A stretch of 59,024 bases of DNA, filler included, from Sphacelaria rigidula (taxonomy: Eukaryota), in NCBI GenBank assembly GCA_964200075.2. It is 9 parts of 9 records of this genome, joined end to end, with 100 filler letters (N's around TTAATTAATTAA, not from the genome) between each part and the next. Parts side by side here need not be neighbours in the genome. Positions count along the whole stretch, not along the records: positions 19,711 to 26,179 come from CAXNAA020019887.1; positions 26,280 to 32,748 come from CAXNAA020019888.1; positions 32,849 to 39,317 come from CAXNAA020019889.1; 6 more parts are not named here. One strand, 5' to 3'. The notes below the pieces were generated by a model. The model ran no database searches. It was not told the DNA's origin and saw nothing but the letters and a program-made list of their open reading frames with translations. Positions 24,631 through 38,477 of this stretch are shown here, piece after piece (the first letter of the stretch is position 1; every line of letters begins with the position of its first letter). Position numbers and translations under genes: made by a program.

Positions 24631-25324
24631 TCCTGTCCTAACACATCATTTTTCGAAAAAAAAAACTTGCGGCGAAATTAATTTGAGCGAATTTGTTCAT
24701 TTCTCGCGACTTGGGTCCAAGCGAATTTGCGAGCTTTCGATCGAAAAAAGACGAAGAAATTCGTCGAAGCGGTACTTATTCGCTTGTCTACAGTACAGTA
24801 CAGTACTGTAGTGTCTGCGCTGCATGCATACAGTGTGCCTGTGTGTGTGCGCGCGCGTTTCGTACAGAAGAATGTGGAAGAGAAACGGGCAACGTGCAGT
24901 GCAGACAGCGCAGGACTATATGTACTCTCTGCTTACAGTGCGACGTGAAGATGACTTGAACAACGTGCAGCTTCGTACTTCCTGCACTGTCCATGAATGA
25001 CACAAGTCGATCGTCCACCCTACCGCGCAGTCCCGTCGCCGATCCCTACCATGAAAGAAAATGCCGAAGTTTTCGCCAAAAAACACACACACCATATCCA
25101 ACTACTGCAGCGTATTTATTCCTGTGCCCAACTCGTGCTCTATGCTGCAGGGTTGCGGTGTTGGCTGGGAATGAATTGTGGATTTTGCATCGTTTTGTGA
25201 ACAGTGGCATCTGGCGTGGTGACCTGCAAGATCCGTGTCAAGGGCCCCTTCGTACTTTTCCTCCGCATGTTTTCGATCGATAAAGCCAAGGGCAGGTCAG
25301 GTAGGCTATGTATGTACTTTTGAA

Positions 25325-25615
25325 TACTCAGGTAAAATACCCGTGTATTTACTCTACCCAAGGTTTGGGTAATTTGGGTAGATTGGGTACGGCCTCAAAT
25401 ACTCTACCCAAATATTGGGGAGGCACCCTCAGCAGTACCTGGGTATAAAGTATCACGTGGATATTCACTCAATACTCTACCAAAATCTTGGGTTGATGAG
25501 ATACGGCCTCAAACAGTCTACCCAATTTTTGGGTAGATTGGGTGCAAGTTCAATACTCTACCCAAATGTTTGGGTACTAAAGTATGACTTTTCAAAATAC
25601 TGAGTATTGGGTACA
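25325..25615. repeat. Second array of the same palindromic minisatellite
   Basis: Same aatactctacccaa..ttgggta units as 24225-24630. Confidence 0.85.
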
Positions 25616-25661
25616 TCCTACACGACCTGCCCTTGTGATGTGTAGAAGGAACATAACACAG

Positions 25662-25787
25662 CCCAATTGTTGGAGGTGGCTCTATCGAGAGTAGGAACGG
25701 TGCTACGTCTGGACAGGGATACGTGGTCAATGGCCAAACTACTATAGTAAGACAAGCAACAAGTAAGTACTCCCCTCCCCCCCCCCA
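25662..25787 (+). mobile_element. LINE family A 3' end with C-tail
   Basis: ggtggctctatcgagagtaggaacggtgct...gtggtcaatgg...gcaacaagtaagtac followed by a C-tract; matches the end of 11915-13040. Confidence 0.8.
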
Positions 25788-26179
25788 ACAGAAGATATAA
25801 CCCGTACGGATAGGGGAGGGTCATTAACCCCTCCATGTCAAATTCACATGGAGGTTGGGGTCTCGTGGTGAGATACCCGTAAAACCACCGATATCCAGTA
25901 GGCGGTGGAAATCTGGTGAGCCATTTTCCTGAAATTTCCGACATTAGGTGCAAATGGCGCCTAATGAAGGGAAGGGGTGGATAATGTATGACATAAACGT
26001 CAAGACCTACTGCACTCATGAAACAAACACCTTACCGTGACCGACCGCATGACCTTTGAGAAGGAGCACCAAGCGGTAATTAGACTTTTTGAGATCTTGA
26101 AGGATAGAACTGGTACAAAGTGTGGGGGAATCGTTGGCCAAGCTTTCGGCAATGAAGGTCTACTCGGAAGCATCAGTGG

Positions 26180-26279
26180 NNNNNNNNNNNNNNNNNNNNN
26201 NNNNNNNNNNNNNNNNNNNNNNNTTAATTAATTAANNNNNNNNNNNNNNNNNNNNNNNNNNNNNNNNNNNNNNNNNNNN
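26180..26279. other. Artificial contig linker
   Basis: N44-TTAATTAATTAA-N44. Confidence 0.98.
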
Positions 26280-26667
26280 TTTTTTTTTGTGTTATTACTC
26301 CCACCCGCCCCCGGTCTTGTGTTCTTGTCTGTCTTTTCCCCCCCCCCCCCCCCCCCCCCTCTCTCTTTAAATTACAGTCCCGCGTGATGAGTATGAGTAT
26401 CCGGGCACGTGAAATTCATGACCCGGGGGTCGGTACACTGGCACATAGTTTTCGACTTGATATCGGTCCGGCTACCCAAATAACGCACTGCTTTTCGAGT
26501 TGATTATTACTGTGTTGGTGTGTTTTCCTTGCGGGAAGCCCCCCCCCCCCCCCCAAAACAACTTTCGCGGGAGATGGAAGATTGTGCTTTCCTTCAGACG
26601 AACGATTGCTTCTGACTTACGTGCTGTCTCGTTCTTGTTGCGTGCAAACTCACGGCGGTTCTCCCAG

Positions 26668-28020
26668 GGGAAAGACATCGAGACGGTGGACTTGTGGAGG
26701 ACGGGGCGATCTGCAACGGCGGGGTTGCTGATTCACGGCCCCTTGTGTCATTACTGGATCCAGCTGATGCAGACGTACTTGGTAAGATTTGTTTTCGTTT
26801 TCCCTTTTCTCCGATCTATCTTTTCTCTTTCTCGACACTCATCGTTCGCTCAAGTTTCGTTCCGCGATTCCTCCCGTTCTCCCTCACTCGGTTACTTCTA
26901 CCTGGTGACCACGGCTAGAGGTGTCGCAGATCTGTGATTTCAGGACGACCAATCATCCATCATCAACCATTGAAACTCATGATATGGAGACTTGGACAAG
27001 CACTTCCGCGCCCCGTCGCAGGTGTTGATGCTCGATTGTGATTTTTTTTCCTCATCACCGATATTGGTGGTGTCGATAATTCCGGTGCCGGGTAGAAACT
27101 GTTCCGAGACGGCCGTGGAGTGGCGATGAGCGCGTTTGTGATGCCAGTAGATCTTGCATGTACACAGGGACACACATTTACATTATTCACTGCACGAGTG
27201 TTTCAAACTGGCTGTGCAGCCCACGTTATCAATCGATTCTTGAATTTGGTCTCGTTAACATTTCCCGATTCCAGGATTTCGGTGGAGCGTGGTGGGCGTT
27301 CGTGCCAAAGGTCATCGCTGACCAAACAGTTTGGTCTATCTTCCTGAACGCCGCGTACTCGACTATGATCATGAGTTTACAGGGCATGCGACCACCAGAG
27401 GTGAGCTACACGAACGCCATCATGGTATTTTTGACGGTCCACTGGGTAGGGTTGGACATGGTATCGACGCTTGTTTTCTGGTCGCCGCTGTAGTTGCCAC
27501 GAGAGATCGTGTCGTACGGTTCGTTTGTGTAAAGTGTTGCGGTCGTTTGGCGTAGCGAGATCAAAGTGGCGAGAGCTAGCGGAATGCAGGAGACAATCCA
27601 CAATACCTTGTACCCTGTTTTTCGTTTTTCTGTTCCTCTTGAAGATACCTTGAGAAGGCACGCGAACACGCCTGATCACGATGTGTGCCATTTATCTCCT
27701 TTCTTCTCTTTTCCCCCCATGAGCAGGTGTGGGAGCAAGTGAAGACTACGGCGTGGCCGGCCCTGACCTCCAGCTGGCGATTCTGGCCGCTGATCCACTG
27801 CGTATCGTTCAGTAGCATTATCCCTACTGACCTGAAGCTGCTCTTCATAGACTGCATGGAGATCATCTGGGTCACCATCTTGTCCACTGTTGCCAACAAG
27901 GACCGAGAAGGAGAGGGTGAGGGAGAAGAAGCGTTAGCTATGGCTGTCGACAGCGGGGATATGGACGCGAGGTCGGCGCCGATGTTGCTGGAGCGGGAGG
28001 CTGAACCTGTCCACCACTAG
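26668..28020 (+). CDS. Mpv17/PMP22-family membrane protein (last three exons)
   Basis: Phase-0 exons 26668-26781, 27275-27400 and 27727-28020 (TAG). Family motifs: DLWRTGR...HGPLCHYW, PKVIADQTVWSIFLN, WPALTSSWRFWPLIHCVSFSSIIP..LKLLFIDCMEIIWVTILS. The 5' exons lie outside the contig. Confidence 0.92.
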
Positions 28021-29397
28021 TGGAGAACATTGTGTTGAGGTGGGGATCCTATACCACGTATTGTACCACGTCCTCGGGGACCTACACCACTAATATGTGC
28101 TTTATGTGTAATTATGTTGACGAGCCACATGTATTGATATCCGGTAGCTGCTGCGAAATACAGCGCGTGATATTTCCTTCCATCTCCATCAAACCTAATC
28201 ATCCATGATCGTTATCCTTCAGTCGCTCACTGGTCGTCGTCGACTTCACTAGAATCTTGGTTGTTGCCATCCCTTTTGTCCGAGCTCGGTATCGTGAAGT
28301 ATATCCTTTCTGTTTTCTAGCCGCCCTGCTGGGGTACTCGTAACCGCACCCCCGCACCCCTCTGTAGAGTCAGGTGGTTGGGGCTCTTCTCCCCTCCTCT
28401 TCAGTCCTTGGCCGCCACTCCGTGTCGTGACTTCGGGTATCGAGCGGGGCGCGATGACAAGCTGGAGCTGGGGTTTTCCCGTTATGTTGTCTTGGTGTCT
28501 TCGTCTTGGGCTTCAGTCGAGAAGAACATCGGCGTACAGCATAGCCCACAGCTGCCTCTGCTTGAGTGCCTTGTGTCTCGCTTGTTTTTCAGCCGCTCAA
28601 GCGTCAGATTCATACCTGGCGCGATTATTGACGGACTCGGGACGTGACCGAAGATTTTTCATTGAACAAAGGAATGCGAGGAGAAAAAGAGCGGAAGGCG
28701 TCAACCAAGTTTTGCCTCGTCATGGAAACGGCATGCGACAGGGCAAAGGTGGTTCAATGCTGCATGCCGCAGCACTTCTTTGGTGAATACTGCTCGCCGC
28801 ACTTTGTCACGTGAGGAAAACGGCGTCTCGCTGCACGCCAGAGGTTCTCAGTGCGGGGCCTGCTGTATGCGTGCGTTTCGTTTCCACGTCTCTAGCGTTA
28901 GTGCTGACAGTTGTTTATTTCATCTCCCCCTCCCTTGATGATCTCACGAACAGATCGCTGACGTCCAGGAGAGGAAGCGGTTACCACGACATGCGCACTG
29001 GAGGGCGAGAGGCCAGGCCAGGACGCGCGTAGTGGTTGAGGCGGTCGAGAACTACTGACAGTGCTTCACGTTACTATGCCGCTTACATGGACCATGGTCA
29101 AAAGGACGGACGATGGTAACTCCACAAGAAAACTGTATCAACGGGGAGTTTGGTCTTGGCTGAGAGGGCCAATGAAGTGCAAGGGGTCGGACGCTGGTTA
29201 TGGCGCAGATCTGTCACGAGATGGGCGGACGAGGAACCACTGTGCATTATTCCTCGAAGTGAAGGTTGGCTGGCAGCTCTGTTTCCATGCGTTCCGCATG
29301 GTGAAATGAACGCGCCGCTGGCTTGCTCTTGTACACGAGGGGCGCATACTCTGCGCTTCTTTGTACTGAAAAGTCGCAGCGATCTCCCGATTGTGAT

Positions 29398-29545
29398 GTG
29401 ATTGATCGTCGCTGTCATGCACTCCCTGGACAGAAGATTGCATTGTCCAAAAGTATACTGCGTTCAGTATGGATTGATTGTCGCTGTCGTGCACACCCTG
29501 GACAGTAAATTGCACTGTCCAAAGGTACACTGCGTTCGGTATGGA
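29398..29545. repeat. Two-copy ~72-75-bp tandem repeat with internal hairpin
   Basis: gtcgctgtc(a/g)tgcac.ccctggacag...tgtccaaa.gta.actgcgttc.gtatgga occurs twice. Confidence 0.85.
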
Positions 29546-30964
29546 CTATCGCGTATTTTGCAATGATCAATATATTCCATACTGTACCCAGTACACTTTT
29601 GACGAGGTAATCCGTTGTCCAGGGTGTGCTGTCGTGAGAAAGCTGAAGTCGCGCTGGGAATGTGGTGAAAATTGAGGCAACCATGTGGAACCTTCTTTTG
29701 AAAGAATTTTGAGGGAAATCGTGACCAGGTGAAGGATACTTGAGATGGTAAGTTGAGGTAGCATATGACTTGGTGCTATTTCAGGCTTTGTCCTTCCATG
29801 TATCGTCTCTTGGTGCGGGATTCCTTTTTTGAACGTCACTGCTCATCAAGTCGACAATTTTGACTGCGTTCAACAGAGATACAGGACGCGCACACGTTTG
29901 TTGCGTCACGGTTTGGTGACGTCTGTAGTGAAGGTTGTTGGCTGGCGTTTGTTCGATTGGCCTTGTGAATGCTGTTAAGGTCATACCGTTTTTACTGCCG
30001 ACACAGAACCCCACCCCCAAGGTCCTGTAGATGTGAGCTTTTTTTGTCCGCTGTTGTGCATTGTTTATATCTTGATTTGCTGTGGCGGAGGGGAGCGTGA
30101 AAGCGTCAGTGTTCAGTTCCCACATCTTATCTAGTGGTTGTGGGGGGGAAAAGGGATCGAGCGATCGAATTGCCTGTTCAGCGCGCTGGGCATGAAACAG
30201 CATCCCTGCTGACGGTGAGCAAGGCTCCCCTTACTTCGATGTTACAAATACCGGGTGTAGCCGATGCTTGTGTTTTTTGTGTATAGAGCCCTAACAGGTC
30301 GTGTACGAAAGTGTTTGGAAATAACAAACACACCAATTTAGACCAGTGCATCATACAGTATGTAGCAACGCACTTTTCCCGCTTTCGTTTACTTGAGCTT
30401 TACTTGTCGTATCCAGCCAATGTATACAGTACAGTCAGTGTTGGATTGAACATGAACCACATACCTCTTGTGCAAAGGGGAATTGACGGGGATGACGCCG
30501 GTAATTGCATCTAAGTCTTGTAGCTTATAAGAGATAATACGCCAGAGGCGGGCGTCATCTACAGTCGTGACACAACAGGCAACATGATTCATACTAATTG
30601 TGTTATACGCGGGTGGATGTGGAGTGTGGTGTGTGGTGGTTCGGCTTTCGTTGTCATATCCTTCGGTTTTATAACGTGTGCAGGAAATGCGTGGTGGTGG
30701 ATTTCGCCAGACGGGAATTTGACGCGTTTTGATGGAAACGAACGAATGCTGATGAAAAACGTATTTTTGTGTACTTACAAGCGTAGGAGAGTTTTCCTGT
30801 GCGCAAGTGGCGTGCGGCTATATTTTTTCGCTTTATTCACGGTCCTGGTTTCTGTGCACATGTCCGGACTCGAAGTTCGCGCGCAGCTAGTCCTCAAGAT
30901 GCGTTAGCAGCTGCAGTGCTCGACACGGCTCTATTGTGTCGTTGAGACCGGGGTTTCTCCCTAG

Positions 30965-31105
30965 CGTTGCTCCTCATTCTGATTCCCTCCCCTTTCTCAG
31001 GACAAGTCCGGGACCTCACGGGATCAACCCGTCCCTCTCCCGACCCGCGCTGCACTTGAGTCTCGCACATTGGGTTTGCACTCCCGCAACGCGTCAACGA
31101 TCATC
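30965..31105 (-). repeat. Family C SINE/LINE 3' segment
   Basis: Matches 41565-41700 and 9455-9595. Confidence 0.65.
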
Positions 31106-32748
31106 AAACTCAGTCCAATACTATCTAACGACTCACTCACGTCCTCGCTCTCCCGATGGTGGAAGTCAGGTACAGTTGTGGGCGCCTGAGCTACTCATTC
31201 CAAGTTTCAAATTGGTTGTTGTCTCAGGCTATTCCAGATTCGGCATTGGATTCCTGTGACGGGAAATACTTTCGTTTTTTTCGTAATACTTGAAAAAAAA
31301 CGAGAACTTTTGAAAAAACAAGGAGAACTTTTCGACACACTGCTCGAACCATGACGCCATTATATGGAGTACAGGGTAGTACACTGAAACCAGTATAACT
31401 GCAGTGGTGTATGGAATGCAGAGTACTACAATACAAGAACACAAGACAGTATGGCACTTCTGCAGTGTTTTTCTTTGTTTTGGAACCTGAAAACGGACTG
31501 TATACCGTATGTATCAGCTTCTCTTGTTGCTAAATTAATCTTGCCGTGGCCACGAGCGCCGACGCCGATGCCAACGGCACCACCCGTCATGCTGACGGGT
31601 ACAAGCAGTACCCTGGTGGTGCAGTATATCCGCACAGTGCTGTGCGTCGCTCCTTTCATTGGAGCATGGGGTGGGCCCAGCCGGTCGAGCGGTGAATACT
31701 GGTGCTGGTTGCGTGCCTTTACCCAGCAGTGCTTGGTATCGCGCAAGTGATGGGTCCGGGTAACATGAAATTTTGACTTTTCGACAGACAATCAAGTGTG
31801 TAGACAGCACTGCGTCCTGACTGATACCATGTGTTACAGCTTAGCTACAGAGAGACGAACACAACAATATAGCACATCAAGCAATCTCAGCGGAGACCAA
31901 AACGTCTTGGCAAGGTCGAAACACACCCTAGAACAGTAATAGCTACAGCACATGAGAGCGGAAGTGAGTGTGTCTGTGCTGCAGTACAGTGAGACAAGAC
32001 ATGTCCTATGTTTTGGTTCTTCGGCTGATTTCGAACGAGCCCTCAGTGCTTGCAGGGTGCTGATCTTGAACGGTTGGACATAATCGCCCTTCGCGCATAT
32101 AACTTTATTTTCGCCCAAGATACAGGCAGCCATGACAGCAGTAGAGGCTGCCTTTCACTCCTGCGTGCGCAGCCTGGGACAAACGCACGCTGTAGCTACA
32201 ACACGAAGAGCTTTACAAAATGATACCCCGCGTGCACGTTGATCGCAGATACAAGCGGTTGCGTGCATGATGTACGTGGCGAACTGCATAGCACAGCGCG
32301 AAAATCAATGCAGCACAGGGGTAGACTGAGGATGTGGCGTTCTGTGATGTGCTTTGTCACCCTGCACCCTGCCGCTGTTTAGTGAGCAGGTAATACCACC
32401 GAAGGCGTAACGTCGCGGTTGGTACGCAGTGTCGGCCCCATAGTAGCAAACAGGCTCGATTCTGTGTTGGGGAAGAATCGATGTTTTGTGCAGAAGCGGG
32501 AAGAATTTTCCCAGATGTTTATAGTGGTTGCAGTATCTAGAAGCCATTTCAGAACACATTGACATGCAAGATTACCTGTGTGATGAACCCAGTGAGTCAG
32601 TTCAGTGTGGGAGAAGCAGTGAGGCACAAGGACAGGTGCATCCACAATGAAGTGATAATAATGGTGTCTGGGTTGAAGTCGAGGTTTATGAGATCCGGGA
32701 GACGGGTGTGGTGCGACCATCAGTTGGTGACAGCATCGCGAATCGATG

Positions 32749-32848
32749 NNNNNNNNNNNNNNNNNNNNNNNNNNNNNNNNNNNNNNNNNNNNTTAATTAA
32801 TTAANNNNNNNNNNNNNNNNNNNNNNNNNNNNNNNNNNNNNNNNNNNN
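32749..32848. other. Artificial contig linker
   Basis: N44-TTAATTAATTAA-N44. Confidence 0.98.
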
Positions 32849-33047
32849 ATCTTCCCTGCAATGAAGGGATGGGACTTCAACCTCATATTTTGTTTCAACC
32901 CCAAAATTTGGATCGGCTGTTATCTAAACTCTTCGTCTCATTACAGCGAACGTGGAAGCGATCCGTCGTCCGAATAAGACCTCTCTCAATCATATTTGCA
33001 ACCCTCCATCTCCCGAAAACATTGTTACAACTGGAAAGCGCCGAGAC

Positions 33048-35020
33048 ACGACTCCCTTCCTGTGAAGCTACTCAAAATCGACGGCCGCGCCGAGCCCATC
33101 GTCCTCGAACGCTCCCATACCATTCTCGTCGAGGTGTGGAATGGAGGGGAGGTCCCGCATGAGTGGAACTATGCAACCATCAAGGTGCTGTACAAGAAAT
33201 CGGACCGGTCCAACAGCAATAAATACAGGGGGATCTCTCTGGTATCGCACGCAGGGAAAGTGCTCCTGAAGATAGTGGCCAATCACCTCAGCGACTTCTG
33301 CGAAACGCACGGGATATTACCGGAGGAACAGTGCGGCTTCCAACCTGACCGATCCACTGTCGACATGTTGTTCGTAATGCGCCGACTCCAGGAGCTGGGA
33401 CGGCGGCGGAGAATCCCGCTGTACATGTGCTTCGTCGATCTCCAGAAGGCATATGACACGGTCTACCGAGAGCTTCTGTAGCAGGTACTGGCCTGAGCTG
33501 GTATTCCGGATGAGATGATAGCAGTTATCCGCCATTTCACGACGGTATGCAGGCTCGCGTACGCATGGACGGCGGGGAGCTCTCGGAGTGGTTTTGAAGT
33601 CACGCAGGGACTGCGAGAAGGACGAGCATACTGTCTTCCCTGCTGTCCAACATCTTCTTCGCGGCAGTGCCCGAGATAGTCCTCGTGCGATTCAGCGAGG
33701 ATGATATTATCATCAAGGACATGGTATATCTCGATGAGGAGATGGGGAGGGGGGCGGAGACACCGCTGGAACGTGTACGGAGAGCGGTGTGGGTAATGCT
33801 GTATGCCCACGATGCCGGCGTCATCTCGAGATCCCCCGACGGACTGGCGAGGATGATGACCATCATAGTGAAGGTGTTTCGGGCCTTTCGACTGACCGTA
33901 TCGGAGAAGAAAACGGAGACTCTCTTGATGCAAGTGCCGAGGTAAGCACCGAAGAAGGGGGAGTCACCAACATCATCTCCCCCACCGCTGATCATCGAAG
34001 CATCAGTCCAGAAATACGCCCAGAAAAGTAGTTTCCGATACTTGGGCGGGCTCGTCAACGAAGAGGGCGAACTCAAGCAAGAAATCAACAGTCGGAGCAG
34101 AGCAGCGTCGGCGTGCGTCAGGAATTTCTCCCGGGAGCTCTTTGACCGACCAGAAGCACCAAGGAGGCTCAAGCTCCGACTGCTGAAAGCGGAGGTGATG
34201 GAGGCCCTACTATACGGATGCATGACGTTGGCCCCACGCCGCGAACACTACGACTTGCTGAGAAAGGTGCACTACCAGCTCCCACTGCGAGTCATCGGGT
34301 AACGCCGAGTGCGCGGCACATGCCGACAGCTATCGTATGCACAGGCCCTCAAGAAGACCGGATACCAAAGTGCCGAAGCCACCGTGCGGCAGTGACGACT
34401 GCTGTTCGCGGGACCCCTGGCTAGACAACTGAACGGACGATTACCGAAGTGAATAGCATTCAGAACAGTAGTCGGGGGGAAGATCCAGGAGCAGGATACC
34501 CGGAACAAAACTGGCTGAAGTGCCTAAGGGACGATCTCCACGCTTTTGGAGCCACAGACGGCTCTACGGACGACAACCGCCAGATACTCGGAATTTACCG
34601 CGCCCTATGGACCTCAGCAGCGAATAAGGAGGAGGGGTTGCCGTGGCACGCGGGAGTGCTGCAGGGAGCGGAGAGGTTCATGACATCATGACACTGAAAT
34701 GAAGAGGGAGCCAGCCGACTGCGTGCGGTTAGACGGGAGACCAACGAAACCCCATAGCATAGCAATGATGACCGTCCAGAGAAGGGGGGGGGGGTGTGGG
34801 GTGAACCCCCCCCGATGAGGGGCACCGTCATGTCATGCGGTGCTTGTCTTGATACACCTGGGCTGCTCGTAAGGAATGGCTTTCCCTCGAGAGGTCGAAA
34901 TATGGAACCTTGCGATTCTTAGTTCTTTGCTTGGTGGTCTTCGGGGCCTTGAGTCTCGCTCGTAGTCGGATCCTATGTTCATTTCTACTTGGCCTCGCGC
35001 GCCGAGTTGAAAAGCCGGGT
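33048..35020 (+). mobile_element. Decayed RTE-clade LINE (reverse transcriptase region plus 3' end)
   Basis: [76 protein letters not shown] (degenerate YADD), LTVSEKKTETL, FRYLGG...EINSR, LKLRLLKAEVMEALLYGC. Stops and frameshifts; 5' truncated. Confidence 0.95.
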
Positions 35021-35649
35021 GCCACCCCCTGAAGTCCGAATGGTCACCTGCGGCACCGGATCTTCTGAGGTTAGCCATATATATCCTCTTTCTTCTTTGA
35101 TATTTATCCCGTTTTTGCTTGTATCGCGTTTTGTGACTTTTAATCCACGTATTTTTTGCTCTTTGTTGGTTTTGATAACCTGTGACAACGGAAGGCATCC
35201 GCATCAGATGCTCAGTGCGAATGTACCGCGCAGATATCGGAACGGTTTTTTATATGAAGACATCAACAACAATAACACCGATCAACCATACTCTATCGAC
35301 ATCCACCCAATAGGTGAAATCGTGAAACCGCCATGTCATCACGAAGTTATTCCGATTACTATGTACAATTATAGGGTACCCTACCGGTCGGGTACCTTTT
35401 CCAAGAATTGAATGCTCACCATCGTCAGTTTTTCCTTTGATAGAAAAAGTTTGCGCTCCGGATCCCAAGGATTGAATTTTCACTGGTTCCGAATATTTTC
35501 CGACCCGTCGTTGGGCTATATATTTTGAAATGGTTGCACACACAAATGACATGTTGTTGCCAGGTGGTTGGTTCAGGTGCACGGTGGTCGTTAGCATAAT
35601 TTCGAATCTCAGACCAGGAAAGATTTGAGCCGGAACTTAACCCTTAGAC

Positions 35650-36220
35650 GACGAGAGTAGGTCATCGGTTGAATCAGCATCAACTTCAGTTGAAAAAGGT
35701 ATGCGTGATTCAGATGGACTACCCTCGCGGTCCAAGGCTTTATCCTTTGACCCCGGAACGGGTAGTCCACCTGGATCACGCACACTTTTGTCAAGTGAAT
35801 ATTGATGCCGATTGAGTAGGTCACCTACACTCGCGGTCTAAGGGTTAAACCGTAGACCGTGATTCGGATGTGTGTGTGTTTTCGTCCCATCTGTTTCTGG
35901 TACTCCATCTTCCTTCTGTGGTGCTTGTCGTTCTTGTTTTTTATCACGAGAGTGGTTCAGCAGCCCCTTTCCCTCGTCGACCATTAAGACAAATTTTCTG
36001 TACCCACGACGTAGTCGCTCTCCACTTCTGGCCATGGTGTGAGAAAAAATCCCAGATCGCTCCGAGATTTGAACCCACGACCCAACCGTCAGAAGGTTCC
36101 GAGGTTAACAACTGAGCCACCGGGGCGACAGGTACCATTCGGGTAGCCCATCTGGATCACGCATACTTTTTTCAAGTGAAAAGTGATGCCAATTGTGACC
36201 TACCCTCGCGGTCTTAGGCA
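35650..36220. repeat. Direct and inverted ~80-bp repeat cluster interrupted by a SINE
   Basis: gggtag.cca.ctggatcacgca.acttt...caagtgaa.a.tgatgcc at ~35760 and ~36140; inverted copy at ~35675-35725. Confidence 0.7.
35870..36128 (-). mobile_element. tRNA-derived SINE
   Basis: Minus-strand head GCCCCGGTGGCTCAGTTG (A box)...GGGTTCAAATCTCGGAGC (B box), followed by a non-tRNA body ending in a (CA)-rich tail. Confidence 0.75.
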
Positions 36221-38477
36221 GGGGACCTGAGGAAATGTTCGTAGATTATGGTTGATAGGGAACATCACGGAATGTTACAAACTAACACTAACACCAACCC
36301 TAACCAACCCTAACCCCGACCCAAGGCGCACGAGACCCTCGGGCGAGGAGAGTGCATAGTTTCCCCTAGGTAAAGTGTGCGTTGGTGGACTTCGAATCGT
36401 CGCGGCAGGCGCCAATTTTGACAATAACACGTCCTGAACGGGCTGGGTCCACTGCTCATCTGCCCCAGCCATATTTTGTTTCAGAACTTTACCGCGTCTA
36501 AAATCGAGTATTCATCTCTGTCAACCGTTGTGTACAAACATCTCATCAGGTCTTCTGCTATAAAAGTCAATGAGCTCCTTATTATGCTAGAAGCCAACGT
36601 ATCGTGTAACAATTCGAAAGGTGAATGCCACCGCCGTCTGAAAAAACAACACTTTCAATCATATATTCAATTCTCAATCTCACGAAAACATTGTTATTTT
36701 TGCATCGATTTCGGGGGCAGAACAGGGACGCTTTGAGCCCCAAAATGGCGCTTTCGCACATATTCTTCGGAGCAACGCAAGATGGGAAACCTCCAGTAAT
36801 AGTTTCGGGGAGGTCGAGGGCGTGAGGTCGTCCATTGAAAGTCATTTGTCATGACTTAAGGTCAGGGAAAGCACTGTGTGGAGTTGATCCTCATTTGAAT
36901 CGTACATGTTCGACCTCGTTTTCAAGATTTACGAAGGGTCTACCGGGAGAACATTTGTGAGCCCCCAGCCCCCCCCCCCCCCCCCCACTCTCACTGAGCG
37001 CAATTTCCGATTTTTTTTTCGATATTTTGTGATATGTTTGTTAAACATTGAAGAAATTGATCAAGAAACACCGACAAATACCGAAACAATCTGGTGGACT
37101 TTGCGAGGTTCGTATATTTGCTTCTGCTCCTTTCCTGCCCTGTCCCGATGATGTCGCGTGCCGGCCACGCTCACACACATGTATGCACATGAGTGCACGG
37201 AAGTGACAGTCCGTAGCCAAAGTAGCACCTTTATCTCATCGTTGCCGTCGGGGGCGGCAGAGGCCGCCCTACAAGATCTATAGGGGTCTTCGCTGGTAGA
37301 GGGAGCTGCTGAAGATAAGCTCGGGGGGGCGGCGTGTCCGCCATCTGATTGGTCTTCATGTTAAGGATCCCAGTACACAGCAGCTGGCCGCATCCACCAA
37401 CGCCTTGGCTATGACCCAGGGGATAACAGGCTGGGTGCTTCCCCCACCCTCAAGGACTCAAAGTACTACGTGTCGGGAAATTCTCTCCCGGCAGACCCTT
37501 GGATATACCTTCAACCTGTGGTGTCAACCAAGACATACTCGAACTTTCAGCATCATAGACACAAGGTGCGCTTTGCCTCAACGCCGAAGGCCCATTATCA
37601 CCGGAAACATGGCTCATTGGGAAAGTCGTGAAGTTGCGGAGGTCTCCAGACACCGCAGAGAATGGCGTTTTTAGCGAGTTCTGGCGTTGCCGTTATGCCT
37701 CTTATCACGGACACAGCGCTGATCTCGTCGTTGCCCCTAGCCTTCGCCGGTCTGGAGACGCCACTTGCGCCAACCCACCCGCTTCTCACTCTCCGACATG
37801 ATCCAGGGTGTCACTGACAAGGTTTCTTATTACTAACCAACGCTTGTGAGCACCACGGTGTACACACAGGGCAGCTCTCCGAAGCACAGGGAAGCTCCCC
37901 GAAGCACGGGGGGAAGCCCTCCGAAGTGATGCGTTGTAGTCCTCATTGTTTGGACTTCTCCACAATAAACGAAGCTTTGGGGAAAGAATCAAGCCGGTGC
38001 ATTTTCGGTAAAGACTGAACTCATATACGTCTATTCGGCTAGCCTCGAAAATCGTTTCGTGGATTTTCCAAACGTGTCTCAACATGTCGTTCGTTTTGAA
38101 ACTCCTGACTAGAGGATCGTAGGCATTCGTGATCCTCTAGAGGGTTCTCAACATTGGGGTCTCCCTCGAGGGTTTGTGTCGATATCGAATCCTGACTAAT
38201 GCTGAGATAGCCCCCCCACAAGAAGTGCACCGGAGACCGTCCGATAAACCGGCTACGATCCCACTTGTGGGCTCGTTTGCAGCAATTTCGCCCACATGAG
38301 AGGCGTGCAGCAGTCGAAATCAGCCGTAACGCCCGATTGAGTCCCGTCGTGCAGCACGAAACCAGCTCTAAAGACAATTATGATCATCGCCTCCGTGCAC
38401 TTTTTTGGCCGGTTCGGGGGCTATCGCGGCAGCAGTCTCCTTTGCATTGTTTCTGAAGGCACTCGCGCTGTGAAAAC

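Noticed and set aside
36055..36128. Functional tRNA gene (also 41785-41858 and 50285-50360)
   Set aside because: A/B boxes are present but the cloverleaf and anticodon arm are non-canonical and run into repeat bodies; treated as SINE heads
36278..36322. Telomere-like CCCTAA repeats
   Set aside because: Only a few degenerate interstitial units; not a chromosome end
37400..38400. Possible decayed transposase-like coding remnant
   Set aside because: No recognisable catalytic motif in any frame; cannot be supported without a translated search
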